Shown here in pieces: positions 1 through 11,400 of a stretch of 64,000 nt of DNA (the first letter of the stretch is position 1; every line of letters begins with the position of its first letter). The position numbers and the translations under genes were made by a program. The notes under the pieces are model-generated. The model did not search any database. It was not told where the DNA came from and saw only the letters and a list, made by a program, of their open reading frames with translations. This stretch comes from a virus, in the IMG/VR virus record IMGVR_UViG_3300023184_000046, positions 32,001 to 96,000 of that record. One strand, given 5' to 3'.

Positions 1-2
1 TG

Positions 3-665
3 TATATATCCAAGCTTCTTTCTTTTTGTAATATATTCTGTGGCCATGAAACTATATTTGATCATTCTTCTTGGAATCAAATATTACAAAGAATTTATGG
101 AAACGAAGAATTAAATTTAAGTAAAATTGCTAAAAAAAATTATGGAGATTATTTAAAAGACAACATTATTGTTGGTGATTCAAGCTATATGGCAATGCCA
201 TATTTAGACATGAATGTTTTTAATGATTGTTTTTTTGTTCATATTATAAGAAATCCAATAGATGTTATAAATTCATTCTGTCACAATATGAATTATTTTT
301 ACGATGAACCTTATTCTAATCTTGATGAATTCAACAGAAAATATTTAAATTTTATTTATAAATATGTCCCAGACATTAAAAAATATAAAAATCCATATGA
401 AAGAGCAGCTTGCTTTTATCTTTATTGGAATGATCAAATAGAAAAAAAGCTAAAAAATAAAAATAAAATTAAAATTAAAATTGAAGAAGTTGGAATTAAA
501 AAAGATTTAGAAAACTTTTTAAATTTTAACATACCAAAAGAATTTTTAATGTTAGATAATAATATTACAAAAAATATTAATAAATTTAATATAAAATATA
601 TTAAAGACAAGAAAATAAAAGAAGACATAATTAGTTTTTGTGAAAAGCATGAATATAATTATTAA
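3..665 (+). CDS. Sulfotransferase-like protein (5'-truncated by window edge)
   Basis: Frame is open from base 3 (YISKLLSFCNIFCGHETIF...) into the listed ORF; HIIRNPIDVINS resembles the 3'-PSB motif. Confidence 0.6.
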   Translation, partial: YISKLLSFCNIFCGHETIFDHSSWNQILQRIYGNEELNLSKIAKKNYGDYLKDNIIVGDSSYMAMPYLDMNVFNDCFFVHIIRNPIDVINSFCHNMNYFYDEPYSNLDEFNRKYLNFIYKYVPDIKKYKNPYERAACFYLYWNDQIEKKLKNKNKIKIKIEEVGIKKDLENFLNFNIPKEFLMLDNNITKNINKFNIKYIKDKKIKEDIISFCEKHEYNY

Positions 666-949
666 TGAGAATAAACAATAAGAAAAACTTTAAGAAATAT
701 ATTAAATCTTGTTTTTTTTGTAATGAAAGTAATTTAAATTTACTTGATGTCCACAGGATTTATGAGGGCTGCAAAGGTGGGGAGTATTGCCACGAAAATG
801 TTTTGGTAATTTGTGCAAATTGCCATAGAAAAGTACATTGTGAAGAAATAAAAAATATTAAAAAATATAAATCTTATGGTGGCAATAGTTTGTTTCAAGT
901 AATGTATTTTATTGAAGATAAAGAATATTTTAAACCTTGTGATTATTAA
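665..949 (+). CDS. Small HNH endonuclease
   Basis: CFFC...LDVHRI...GGEYCHENVLVICANCHRKVH, HNH with Zn ribbon. Confidence 0.8.
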   Translation: MRINNKKNFKKYIKSCFFCNESNLNLLDVHRIYEGCKGGEYCHENVLVICANCHRKVHCEEIKNIKKYKSYGGNSLFQVMYFIEDKEYFKPCDY

Positions 950-1554
950 TCACTTAATTTAAATGGAGCTTTTTTCCGTGCGTTATTAAATTTTTCATTA
1001 TCTGGTTTATCTTTTCTACCTTTAATGTGTTTTATACTAAAAGGCTTATCATCCATAGCATTATTATGTTTTTCATTATCTGGTTTATCTTTTCTACCTT
1101 TAATATGTTTTATGCTAAAAGGTTTATTGTCCATAGCATTGTTATGTTTTTCATTATTGTTTCTGGGTTGGTTTGGTTTTAAATGATTTATATTAAAAAG
1201 ACCACCATCTCCAGAAGCATTGTGTTTCCAGTTATCAGTAGGTTTGCCATTTCCTTTTATGTGAGTTATTTTAAAAGGTGGTTTTTCTCCTGCTTTATTA
1301 TGTATTTCATTGTTATCATTTGGTTGTTTTGGCTTTAAATGATTAATTTTAAAAGGATTTTTTTCGCCAATATTATTCCATAAACGATCATCTTTACTTA
1401 TGTATAAAATTGCATCAGCAGAAGCTGGAATAAAATAAGCTGGTGGCAGTAGACATAATCCACCATATCCACATGGATACAGAAGAGTCTTTCCAGCAGT
1501 TGCACCCTCTAATATTTTTTGTTCTTCTTCTTTTAACCATTTTTTAAATATCAT
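946..1554 (-). CDS. Repeat protein with capsid-targeting-like N-terminus
   Basis: Starts MIFKKWLKEEEQKILE; ~23-aa repeats (PFxIxHxK...PxDNxKHNNA); AATAAATA just upstream of ATG. Confidence 0.6.
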   Translation of the reverse strand: MIFKKWLKEEEQKILEGATAGKTLLYPCGYGGLCLLPPAYFIPASADAILYISKDDRLWNNIGEKNPFKINHLKPKQPNDNNEIHNKAGEKPPFKITHIKGNGKPTDNWKHNASGDGGLFNINHLKPNQPRNNNEKHNNAMDNKPFSIKHIKGRKDKPDNEKHNNAMDDKPFSIKHIKGRKDKPDNEKFNNARKKAPFKLSD

Positions 1555-1580
1555 AATGTATTTATTATTTAAATTTTATT

Positions 1581-4500
1581 TTATGTGTAATTAGCTGGTG
1601 CATTCATATTATTTCCTGCGAATGCAGCAGACTGAAAAGCATTTCCGCCTCCTTGTCCGCTTCCTGTTCCACTATTCAAATTAATTGCTCCAGTATTTGA
1701 TGTTGAGGTATTTACATTATTGTTACTTGATTTAGCTGGAGTAATTAAGGCAGCAAGAATTCCTTGCAAGGCAGCAATCATATTTCTTTGTTGCTCTTTC
1801 ATTTTTTCAGTATTTTCTGCAGTTGTTTCTGTTGCTGGATCTGATTGTGGTTTTTGGTTTTGAACATTACTTAGTTCAACTTTAGTTTTCACGCTATCAA
1901 CACTAGTTAAATTTATTGCATTCTTTGCTTTTTCAGCTATGTTATTAGGTAATGCAGAAAGACTGCTTAAGACATTAACAATTCCAGATTGATCATTGAT
2001 ACTCATAATAGTAGTCATGCTATCTGCGATTGATTGTAAAGATTCTTTAACTGTAATTAATTTATCAGCTAGGGTTGACAATGCTTCGTCTGCTGGATTT
2101 AATTTTGTTATTAAGCTTCCAAGACTATCAACTAAATTAATTTTTTCAAAATTACCACCAATTGTTGCGTTCATTGCAGCGAATTTATTAATAAATGGTG
2201 CTAATGCATCTCCTAAATCAGTTGCTAGTTTTAATCTTTTGCTTGCTTGTGCAATAAATGCTATTGGTGGTAATTTTGTAACTGCTGGCAATATAATTCC
2301 GTAGCTTAATGTTTCTAAGAATTTTGGCAAAGTATCTTTTATGCTGTTTATGTTAGATATTGCTGCGTTTAAATTGCTGCCACTTTTTTCTTTTCCCATC
2401 TTTGGAAGTTCAGTATTAATTAATTTAAAGAATACTGGTAGACCTGCAATAAGAGTCTGCATCTGTACAAAACTTGCAGTTGCTTCATTTAGATTTTTTG
2501 ATCCACCAGAAATTCTAGCTGCAAATCGCATAGGTAGAATTATATTTACCAATAATGAATTTAAGAAACTAGAAAATGCATCGCCTTTTCCTAAATCATT
2601 AAGAACATCAGTTGCTTGTTTAAGTCTATCACCACCATTGATATTAGAAGTTGACGCTAAAGTTTTCAATTGTACTTCAATAAGAGTTATTAATCCATCA
2701 TCCCCAGAAATTACTTTAATAATATCTTTAATTCCAGTTAAAGCACCTGATATAAATTGAATATTACTAGCTCTTAACTGGGCACCACCACCAGCAATAA
2801 ATGGATCTAAAATATTATCTTTGAAGAAACTAGGTAACTTTCCAATAATAGAAAATCCTTCTTTTAATTTTGGATTTTCAAACATAGCTTTCATCTTATC
2901 GCCTTGAGTTTCAAAAGACTCTACCCATGTAGTTTTTTCTGGTATACCTGTAGGAAGAACACCAGGTCTTGTTGCATCAAAATAAGCTTGATTTGATGCA
3001 ACAAGTTTTTCTTGAGCTTTTTTTAAGTCAGCGTGAATTTCTCCCCATCCACCTTTAGTTGGTTTTCCTTTGGCATCTGGAGCTTGTGCTAGAGTAAGTT
3101 TTTCCTGAAGGCTTTTAACGGTTGCTTTATCTTTTTTTATGTTTTCGTCAAGTTGATTAATATTATTTGCAAAAAATTCTTCTCTTTGTTTAGAAGTGTC
3201 TTCGTATCTTCCATATACTTCAGTTTTTCCATCTACTTCTCTTGTTTTTCTAACTTGTTTAGTAAAGAAATCTGCTGACTTGTAAAAATTTACCGAGAAA
3301 TCTGTCAATCCAGTGCCTAGTTGTCCTAGAAGATTCATTTTGGCACTAGCTTGTTCAAGTTGAGTTTTGTTTAACGGTAAATTATTTAATTTTTCTGCAA
3401 TTTCTTTTACACTATTTAAAACAGGTATTGCGTTTTCTGTTAAAAACTTAGTCATACCAGAAATGTCAAATGAAACTAATTTTTTCTCTCCTGAATTTGG
3501 TACTGTAGCATTGCCAACTTGTGTTTTCAATGCATTCATAAAGTTATTTAAGTTACTTAATAATTCAATTGCAGATGAAGTTTTTGAATCTATGCTTAAA
3601 CCTTGTATTTTTCCCAAAGACATTATTGCAGACATAAAAGAAGGTTCGACAAGTTTATTCATTTCAACTATATAACTTTTCAAAAATCCCATTCTTTTAC
3701 TTAATTCTGCTGAATCAGTATTTGGAAATGAATCAATAAAGTTTTTCCAAAAATCAGGAGTTTTTTGAATTCCTGTCAATTTACTTAACTCACCAAAAAC
3801 ATCATTAAGTTTTTCCAAAGGTTCTTTTAAATCAGAAAAAACTTCTGACATTTTAACAAAGTCTTTTGATCCAGCCTCAACAAATTGCTTTGAATTTGCA
3901 ACCATATTTTGCAAGGCTGAAATCATACCAGTCATACTCATGCCAATTTTGCCAAATAATTTTGCTCCTCCAACTTCAGGAATTAATTCAAGATTTTTAA
4001 AAAGTTCAGTTGTTGATTTTATAATACCAACATCAAATAAATTTGAAAATTCTGCAATTACTTTCATGCCAGACATTAATCCAAGTAAAGCTACACGGGT
4101 AGCTGCCGTATCATTAACAGATGGTATAATGCTTTTATCTTGAGTAACTTTTGTCATAGCTGTAATTACAGCGAATGATTGTTTTAAAGATTCTTCTATT
4201 TTTGCAGGATTAAGTGGCGAAGTTGCTTCTTGGGCCTTCATTTGAGCTTCAAATTCTTCCTTCGCAGTTTTGTTAGCAGAAAACCATGTTCCTCCTTTAG
4301 TTATACCATAAAGTTGGTTTAGTCCTAGCCAGAAATTACCTTGAGTCATTCCTGAAGCTGAACTTTCAGGTTTTTTAAAAGTAGTTGACATTTTACCATA
4401 ACTCGACATGATATCGCCAACTGCAGAATAAAACTCAGAATAATATTTTGTTCTTGAGCTTATAGAGGCAAGATCCAATACGGAGCTTCCTTCTTCGTTA

Positions 4501-7500
4501 AATATTTTAGCAATTGAAACAGTACTTTGCATTACAGTTCTCAAAGAGTTAACCATTTCTGGGTTTCCAAAAGTATCAGAGAATTCTCTTATCTTTTTTA
4601 TACTTAAATCTTTACCAGAAATTTTTGCAGAATCTATAAATTGATTAAATAAACCAACTACACTTGTTGCAGCATCAGACCCTTCTTTTATATTTTGTAA
4701 ATTTAAATCTTTTAGTTCTTCATATACTTTTGTTGAAATATCATGGATGTTTCTTAGTACTTCGGCTAAATGTGGAGTAATATTTTTCAATACTTTTGAT
4801 GCTTTTGCAAAAGTTGCTTGTGAAGATGAAACTGTTTGGTATTCTTTACTAGAAGTAACTTGTTGGATTTTTGACAAAGCATCAAATAACGGTATTGCAT
4901 TATTAACAAGATTGTACATCATGTCTTTTAATGCATTTGTTTGAGATGTGCTGTTAGCTGCTTGATTTTTTTCTAATTCAACACCAACTATATTTATACC
5001 TTGCATTATATTGATAATGCCTCTAAATTTATTTGCAATTTCGTCTGGTGTATTTACTGGTATGCCAACAAGTTTATTAGACAAGCTTGCAATTGATACA
5101 TAAGCTGGGACAGCACTTCCAAATGATAAAGCAAAATCTTTCAATACAATGCCAGATAATTTATTTGCTTCATTAAATGATTGTAGTTTATTAAGCGATG
5201 ATATTACTTGGGCTGGTGTTAATGCTCCCATGTAAGCAACAATTGCACTATTAGTTGAATTAATTAATGAGAAGTAATGCCTTAGTGTTTCTGATATTAC
5301 AACATTAACATCACCATAATTTTTAATCATACCGCCTGATATCATGCTTACTGCTTCTCCTAGTAAGTAAGCAGATGCACCGATTGCACCACCAACTAAA
5401 CCACCAACGGCAATGCCAGCTAAAGATGCACCAATTAAAGCAACAAACCCAAGTAATTTAGAAAATGGTTCAATAATTGCCATTAATGAATTTAAACTTT
5501 TCTGAATTTGTGCTGGGTTTATATTATTAGATTTAATTGATGCATCCGAAAGATCAGCAATAGATTTTATAAATGGAGGTAAATAATTAGCAGCTGCTGC
5601 AATAATTAATGCTCCTCCTCCTAAAGCAGCAATTGTACCAATGATTCCAATTGGATTCATAAGAGCCATTGCTACATATCCTGTACCACCTATCATTAAC
5701 ACGGATGCAACAAGAGAGCCAATTAACAATGCTCCGCTTGCCATTAAGCTGCCAACATCTTGTGCTGTTTTTCCAACTTTTTCTAAATCAACATTTTGAA
5801 ATGATGCACTAGCAAAATCTGCAAGTGCCACTATGAAGGGGGGTACAAAATAAGCAGCAGCAGCTAAAATTGGTATGCCAAGTGCTAAAGCTAAAAATGA
5901 TTTAGGGTTAATTTTTCGCATCATTTTAGTCATACCTTGCATAGCCATGGTTGCAAGATATACTTCGCCCATCATTACAGTAGCAGCCCCAATTCCTATT
6001 CCTAGATATTTAACTTTACTTAACAAGTCTTCTATTTCGTCTTCAGGAACAGCCTTCATTCCTTTTAATAGTTGGAAACCACCATATAAAAGACCAGCCA
6101 TCACAAGAGTAGAAGCTGCAAATTTTAACCAGCCACCAGCAAAAGTTAATGCTCCTTGTCCTGATTCTCTTCCAAATCTAGACCATGATTTTGTTCTTCC
6201 AGCACCACCGCCAGTAGGACCACCACTGCCACGATCACCGCCACCACCGCCACCACTGCCTCCACCTCCGACATCAGCTGAAGGCTTACCTAAAAATTTC
6301 TGCATAAGTGTTGATGACATTAATTTGCCCATAATAGCTGGCATGAACAATATAGCTGCATTAGCAGCAAGTATGCCAGTAACACCTTGATTTAAAAATG
6401 AACTAAGAGGTCCAGAAATAGCATCTTGGACAGTTGCATTAAGTTTATCAATTCCAAATCTAACTGCATCTATACCTGTTAATGTACCTTTAGCATTAGC
6501 TGCACCTTTATTTTCTGCATCTTTTAAAGTAGACAATAAATCTTGATATGCTTGTGGATCTTCTAGTGCTTTTGCCATTTCAGTAGCAGATATAGAAATT
6601 TCTTTTAATCCAGCTTTGCTTAAAGCAGCATTGACACCAGTTAATGATTTATCAATTGCTTGTCTTATTATGTCTTTGTTTGATCCGCCAAGACCTAAAG
6701 CTTGCAAATCACTTTCGAATTCTTTTCTTCTTGTGCCAAATTTACTGAACGCATCGTTCATAGTTTTGGATGTTTCAGCAGCTTCACTTAAAATTCCAAG
6801 TAAATCTAAATTCTTATCTATTTTTATTTTTCTTTGCTCTTCTAAAATTGCTGATCTTTTTTCAGTGCTAATATTTTTTCCCAATTGCTTGTCTAGATCT
6901 AGTAGTTTATCAGCAAATGTTTTGCCAGATGCTTCTAATGTTTTTAACACTCCTTTTACTTGACCTAATTCAAGATCAAATGAACTTTTAAGAACTAAGT
7001 TTAATTGCATTTTTGCAGAATCTGAAAGTTGATCTATGGAATCTGCACTTTCAATACCGAATCTTTTAAAAACATTGTTAACCCCTTCGGTCAACGACTT
7101 TATTCCTTCCTTACTTCTCGTTAAAGTTCCAGCTTGTAATTCTTCTAATTTTCCAACTGAAGCAGCAGCACTGAACAATAGCATTCTTGTGCCTTCAGAA
7201 GCATCATTAAATAAATTTGTTGTACTTGCAAGTGCTTTATTAATATTATTAAATTCGTCACTAACTCCAAATTTCTCAGCATTTGCACCAAGTTCGGTTA
7301 TGTTTCTTGCAGAAGAAGCAGTTAATGTTGATGCTTTTCTCATGGCATCTACAATACCTTGCGTTGTACTAAGAACTTTTTTAAATGCTTCTCCACTTAC
7401 CCCAGTAGTTCTTGAAACTTCTCGCATGCCTCTGCCTAAATTGGCTATGGAATTTTCATTTAAAACTCCAAATCTATATAGGTCACCAAAAGTTTCTTGC

Positions 7501-8531
7501 AATGAGCCAGCTTCTAGTCCTAATTGTTTTTCTGTATTAAGAGTTGTAGTAGATAAACTTAAAAGTTTTTTCTTATATCTTTCACTATCACCATCATATT
7601 TCACGCCCATTTTTGCAAATTTAACCATTGCTTTTTGGGTTTCTTCTTGTTTAAATCCAGTTAGCTCAACTGTATTCCCAATTTTAGCCATTGATTTAAA
7701 AAGTTCAGTACTTTCTTTTGTTGCTCCAGCAGTCAAATACAATGCTTCTCGCATACTTTGTTCATATTTAAGTTGTGATTCTACTGTTCCTTCAGTTAAA
7801 ACTTGGAGTAAAGATTGATGTTCTCCTATAGCTAACAAATTCTTAGAAACACTTTGTAATTGTGCCATTATCCCTTTGAATGGGCTTTGATTTCCAAAAA
7901 TTATTTCACTTGGTGTTTTTGAGTATCCTCTCATGAAATCTGAAGGATCAAATTTATCTCCTTTTCTTAATCCAAGTAGTCTACTAACAAATGATTGACT
8001 GTCACCTGACATATCTTCAGCTATATTCGATCTTGAACTTGAACTTGAACTTGTTGAAGCTGGTGTAGTAATAGGATTAACAGGAATACCAGTTGGTATT
8101 CCATTTGTGAAAGATGTTAGAATTTGCTGTAATATATTTGTTTGTTTTTCTAATTGATTAGATTGTTCTTTATGAAAGGCTTTCATTAATTGAAACGAGG
8201 CAAGCTTTTTTTCTTCTTTTCTTAATTCTTGTTGTTTTTTTCTTAGATTTTTTATATCTCCAGCATTGATATCTTGAGCCATATTCTCCAATGACTCAGT
8301 CATATCTTTAATGTATTTTTCTTGATCTTTTTGACCTTCTTTAAATCCTTCTCCTATAGCCTTTTCTAAATCAGAAATTAAGCTTGAAAACAAATCTTTA
8401 TTTTGTTCTCGTTCTTTACGATAAGGAGTACTGGCATCAATAGCAATAGCATCTAAACTTTCCTTAAGTTGTCTGACAACTTCAGAAAAATTTTCTCCCA
8501 TTGGTTTTCCAGTTTCATCTACCGTTGCCAT
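1581..8531 (-). CDS. Tail tape-measure protein
   Basis: 2316 aa, Ala/Gly/Ser/Leu-rich helical composition, central hydrophobic Gly/Ala segments, phage context. Confidence 0.75.
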   Translation of the reverse strand: MATVDETGKPMGENFSEVVRQLKESLDAIAIDASTPYRKEREQNKDLFSSLISDLEKAIGEGFKEGQKDQEKYIKDMTESLENMAQDINAGDIKNLRKKQQELRKEEKKLASFQLMKAFHKEQSNQLEKQTNILQQILTSFTNGIPTGIPVNPITTPASTSSSSSSRSNIAEDMSGDSQSFVSRLLGLRKGDKFDPSDFMRGYSKTPSEIIFGNQSPFKGIMAQLQSVSKNLLAIGEHQSLLQVLTEGTVESQLKYEQSMREALYLTAGATKESTELFKSMAKIGNTVELTGFKQEETQKAMVKFAKMGVKYDGDSERYKKKLLSLSTTTLNTEKQLGLEAGSLQETFGDLYRFGVLNENSIANLGRGMREVSRTTGVSGEAFKKVLSTTQGIVDAMRKASTLTASSARNITELGANAEKFGVSDEFNNINKALASTTNLFNDASEGTRMLLFSAAASVGKLEELQAGTLTRSKEGIKSLTEGVNNVFKRFGIESADSIDQLSDSAKMQLNLVLKSSFDLELGQVKGVLKTLEASGKTFADKLLDLDKQLGKNISTEKRSAILEEQRKIKIDKNLDLLGILSEAAETSKTMNDAFSKFGTRRKEFESDLQALGLGGSNKDIIRQAIDKSLTGVNAALSKAGLKEISISATEMAKALEDPQAYQDLLSTLKDAENKGAANAKGTLTGIDAVRFGIDKLNATVQDAISGPLSSFLNQGVTGILAANAAILFMPAIMGKLMSSTLMQKFLGKPSADVGGGGSGGGGGGDRGSGGPTGGGAGRTKSWSRFGRESGQGALTFAGGWLKFAASTLVMAGLLYGGFQLLKGMKAVPEDEIEDLLSKVKYLGIGIGAATVMMGEVYLATMAMQGMTKMMRKINPKSFLALALGIPILAAAAYFVPPFIVALADFASASFQNVDLEKVGKTAQDVGSLMASGALLIGSLVASVLMIGGTGYVAMALMNPIGIIGTIAALGGGALIIAAAANYLPPFIKSIADLSDASIKSNNINPAQIQKSLNSLMAIIEPFSKLLGFVALIGASLAGIAVGGLVGGAIGASAYLLGEAVSMISGGMIKNYGDVNVVISETLRHYFSLINSTNSAIVAYMGALTPAQVISSLNKLQSFNEANKLSGIVLKDFALSFGSAVPAYVSIASLSNKLVGIPVNTPDEIANKFRGIINIMQGINIVGVELEKNQAANSTSQTNALKDMMYNLVNNAIPLFDALSKIQQVTSSKEYQTVSSSQATFAKASKVLKNITPHLAEVLRNIHDISTKVYEELKDLNLQNIKEGSDAATSVVGLFNQFIDSAKISGKDLSIKKIREFSDTFGNPEMVNSLRTVMQSTVSIAKIFNEEGSSVLDLASISSRTKYYSEFYSAVGDIMSSYGKMSTTFKKPESSASGMTQGNFWLGLNQLYGITKGGTWFSANKTAKEEFEAQMKAQEATSPLNPAKIEESLKQSFAVITAMTKVTQDKSIIPSVNDTAATRVALLGLMSGMKVIAEFSNLFDVGIIKSTTELFKNLELIPEVGGAKLFGKIGMSMTGMISALQNMVANSKQFVEAGSKDFVKMSEVFSDLKEPLEKLNDVFGELSKLTGIQKTPDFWKNFIDSFPNTDSAELSKRMGFLKSYIVEMNKLVEPSFMSAIMSLGKIQGLSIDSKTSSAIELLSNLNNFMNALKTQVGNATVPNSGEKKLVSFDISGMTKFLTENAIPVLNSVKEIAEKLNNLPLNKTQLEQASAKMNLLGQLGTGLTDFSVNFYKSADFFTKQVRKTREVDGKTEVYGRYEDTSKQREEFFANNINQLDENIKKDKATVKSLQEKLTLAQAPDAKGKPTKGGWGEIHADLKKAQEKLVASNQAYFDATRPGVLPTGIPEKTTWVESFETQGDKMKAMFENPKLKEGFSIIGKLPSFFKDNILDPFIAGGGAQLRASNIQFISGALTGIKDIIKVISGDDGLITLIEVQLKTLASTSNINGGDRLKQATDVLNDLGKGDAFSSFLNSLLVNIILPMRFAARISGGSKNLNEATASFVQMQTLIAGLPVFFKLINTELPKMGKEKSGSNLNAAISNINSIKDTLPKFLETLSYGIILPAVTKLPPIAFIAQASKRLKLATDLGDALAPFINKFAAMNATIGGNFEKINLVDSLGSLITKLNPADEALSTLADKLITVKESLQSIADSMTTIMSINDQSGIVNVLSSLSALPNNIAEKAKNAINLTSVDSVKTKVELSNVQNQKPQSDPATETTAENTEKMKEQQRNMIAALQGILAALITPAKSSNNNVNTSTSNTGAINLNSGTGSGQGGGNAFQSAAFAGNNMNAPANYT

Positions 8532-8554
8532 TTTTTTATTTACCTATTTAATAA

Positions 8555-9043
8555 CTATAAATTAGTAATTTGATCAGCGTTTATGTTTGTTTTCTTATTT
8601 ATTTGATTACTAATATTTGTTCTAATAATTTTAGCTTCTTTTGGATTTACCACTCTTGGAATACCTATTAGTGTCATAAATGAATCACAATCAAAAATTT
8701 TAACGCTTCTCATCCCAGCTTTTTTATATTTTCTAAAAGCTTTTATTATATATCCGCTTCCCTTTACTAAATTGTAGTTAAAAGATGGATTTTCACATGC
8801 GTTAATTTTATTCTTACTTAATAGATTTTTAATATTATAAAAAGTTAACACATGTATGTTTAAACCGCATATATATTGCGGTGTAATTTTTGTAATTATT
8901 ATAGTTGGATAAGGATCATGTTTAAAAAAATCATATTTAAAAGCAATGATTGATCCTTGCTTAATAGTTTTAGGGCCTAATCTTTTAGTTGGTTTACCAA
9001 AATCTTCTGGTAAATCACTTTTGTAAAAAGGATCTTCTGGCAT
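8555..9043 (-). CDS. T4 gp2-like DNA end protector protein
   Basis: HDPYPTIII...GLNIHVL...FRKYK resembles the gp2-family D.xPl..GlNlHyL..krY pattern. Confidence 0.5.
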   Translation of the reverse strand: MPEDPFYKSDLPEDFGKPTKRLGPKTIKQGSIIAFKYDFFKHDPYPTIIITKITPQYICGLNIHVLTFYNIKNLLSKNKINACENPSFNYNLVKGSGYIIKAFRKYKKAGMRSVKIFDCDSFMTLIGIPRVVNPKEAKIIRTNISNQINKKTNINADQITNL

Positions 9044-9546
9044 TAAATTCCAAACTTAGAGAATACTTGGTTTGCATAATCTGTACCAGCATTTCTAATA
9101 ACGATAGCTCCAGCTTTATCTCCGCCACTTTTTCCATCAATAATTTTACCCATTAATTCATCTTCGGCACTTTTAGATCTGCTAAAAAACTTTCTGATTT
9201 CTATGTTTATTTCTTTTATTAGAATTTCTGTTGCTTTAGTTTTATCGCTTTCAATTTCGCAAATTTGATCAAATAGATCGTTAACTTCTAGGCTTCTTGC
9301 TATTCCATATGGCAAAGTATCCTTTGCTTTAGAGACTTGAAAAGACATAGTTTTTCCATTTTCAAAAATTCTAATTCCTTGAAAATCTAAATTTTCCAAG
9401 GGAGCGTGGCAAAAAATATATGGCTTAGATTCTTCGAAAAATTCATCTACTCTTAAACCATCTCTTTCCAAAACTTTTTTTAATAAACCGAGTCTTCTTT
9501 CGGTTTCTTTATGTTTTGCAAAATTAAATTCTAAAAGTGTTTTCAT
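9043..9546 (-). CDS. Hypothetical phage protein
   Basis: 167-aa ORF, translationally coupled to neighbour. Confidence 0.6.
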   Translation of the reverse strand: MKTLLEFNFAKHKETERRLGLLKKVLERDGLRVDEFFEESKPYIFCHAPLENLDFQGIRIFENGKTMSFQVSKAKDTLPYGIARSLEVNDLFDQICEIESDKTKATEILIKEINIEIRKFFSRSKSAEDELMGKIIDGKSGGDKAGAIVIRNAGTDYANQVFSKFGI

Positions 9547-9550
9547 ATTA

Positions 9551-10879
9551 TTAACAATTTCTAAGCAACATTTCGGGTGCTGAAGGAATGCATCTTTGCA
9601 ATACTTTCAAGTCACTAGGGTTGCCATTATATGGTATGGATTTAATGTTTATGCCAGTAAAAGAAAATGCAGCTTCCTTGATTATTTCTTCACTAGCAAT
9701 TAAAAATAGAACTCCATCTCTTCTAGAGATAAATTCAACATTTTCTTTAATTGGCTTACCAGATTCATCTAATTGTCCCAAGTCTTTCTGATACATTATT
9801 TTAATATCAGATACTGGTATTAAATTATTTTCCTTATCAATAATTGCTTCTGAATTTGCACTTTCAAAGAATTGAACAATTAGTTTGCCTTTGTTATATG
9901 CAGCTTTTAAAGCAGTTGACAAGTCCATTCCTAACAAATATATAGTTCCATCTTCTCCAACAACATTAACTAGAAAAGCTCGTTTCTTAAAAAAGCTAGA
10001 AATACTATCAATGACAATTCTTTTTCTTAAAACATCTTTTTCTTCAGGTGCTCCGTCTTCCATTCTTTCTAATTCTGATTCTGAAAGATATTTTTCAGGT
10101 TCATCAGCTGTCATAAACCATCTACCAAGGTCTATAGAGCCAAACTTTGAATTCATTCTAGTTGATATTTTAATTGAATAATCTTTTTGATTAAAAATCA
10201 AATCTTCGTTTAGACCGCCTGAGCCAACTTGCACAGCCATTAATAATGATGCAAGGAATTTTCTATGCAGGTCACCTTTCATGCCGTGGAATCCAATTAA
10301 TTTAATAAATATATTTGCGACATCAGGACTTCTTTGAATATTATTAATAATATGATTAGTTAATGATACAGAAGGATTGTTTTGATCTAGTTCTTCTTTT
10401 ATATTTTTTCTTATTTCATTAGATACCTTTTCAATATTTGCTTGTTGTCTCAAAAAGCAAACTTGAAGATTGTCTTCTACAAATTTTTTCCTATATGGGT
10501 CAAGTTCATAGTCTCTAACTTTCTGTATCATAGCGATTAATTTATTAGTATCGCCTTTCATTGTTTCTTTGAAGTAATCACTTTCCCAAGTATCGTAGTC
10601 AAAGTCTTTAGCTTCTTCAGGCATGTCAGGAGAAGCAGGTTCAGATGATGCATTTGGTTTATCTGCTGGATTGGGTTCTGTTTCTTCTGGTGAGCTACCA
10701 ATAATTTTATTATTTAAATTTGAAACATTAGTATCTTCTGCTGGGGGCATTTTTGCACCTGCACCTGGCAAAAATGGTTGCTGGGAATCTGAAGGAACTC
10801 CAACTAAGGCTTCTGGACCACCGCCAAAACCTGGATCTTGTTCATTTAAAAGCCAAGCTTCAAGAATCGAGTAATTCAT
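9551..10879 (-). CDS. Hypothetical (probable virion) protein
   Basis: Likely start MNYSILEAWLLNE at 10879; acidic Pro-rich linker then globular domain. Confidence 0.6.
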   Translation of the reverse strand: MNYSILEAWLLNEQDPGFGGGPEALVGVPSDSQQPFLPGAGAKMPPAEDTNVSNLNNKIIGSSPEETEPNPADKPNASSEPASPDMPEEAKDFDYDTWESDYFKETMKGDTNKLIAMIQKVRDYELDPYRKKFVEDNLQVCFLRQQANIEKVSNEIRKNIKEELDQNNPSVSLTNHIINNIQRSPDVANIFIKLIGFHGMKGDLHRKFLASLLMAVQVGSGGLNEDLIFNQKDYSIKISTRMNSKFGSIDLGRWFMTADEPEKYLSESELERMEDGAPEEKDVLRKRIVIDSISSFFKKRAFLVNVVGEDGTIYLLGMDLSTALKAAYNKGKLIVQFFESANSEAIIDKENNLIPVSDIKIMYQKDLGQLDESGKPIKENVEFISRRDGVLFLIASEEIIKEAAFSFTGINIKSIPYNGNPSDLKVLQRCIPSAPEMLLRNC

Positions 10880-11345
10880 TTTTTTCCTTTTTCGCAATAT
10901 TATTCACTGCTTCAATTATTGATCTTCTATCTGTAATATGTATGTGATTCGTTTGATTTGTTGAATCTTTGGAACTATTTTTTTCTTTAATTTTTAATGA
11001 TGTCAACAAATCTGCTATTTTGGTTTTTTTATCCAAAATATCAATTTTAATTTTTGCTAAGTTAACAACTGCTTCTTTTGATGAACCAGAAACATCTCCT
11101 CCGTTAAAAACCATATCAGTGAAGTTTGATAATAGTCCATCTACTTCTATTCTATCTACTCTTATATCTTCTAGAATTTCTCTATATAAATTCAATAAAT
11201 ATTCATCTTCAACTAATACATCTTTTTGCAAAACTTTATTTTTATTACCAACAGTAACATTTACAGGTGGTGTATTAATTGCTTTATCTATAAAAATATC
11301 TTCTGCTTCAGCTTTTAGTTCAAATTCCATAGTTTTTTCTTTCAT
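10860..11345 (-). CDS. Hypothetical helical protein
   Basis: 161-aa ORF overlapping the next gene start. Confidence 0.55.
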   Translation of the reverse strand: MKEKTMEFELKAEAEDIFIDKAINTPPVNVTVGNKNKVLQKDVLVEDEYLLNLYREILEDIRVDRIEVDGLLSNFTDMVFNGGDVSGSSKEAVVNLAKIKIDILDKKTKIADLLTSLKIKEKNSSKDSTNQTNHIHITDRRSIIEAVNNIAKKEKNELLDS

Positions 11346-11400
11346 GTTATTATTTATTTTAAATTACTATAAATTTAAAAAATTTAACATAAATATAAGT

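Noticed and set aside
1996-7818. Plus-strand ORFs inside the tape-measure gene
   Set aside because: Antisense shadows with no motifs
10969-11400. N-terminal extension of ORF 10969-11880
   Set aside because: Antisense to 10860-11345; a late box supports a start at 11401
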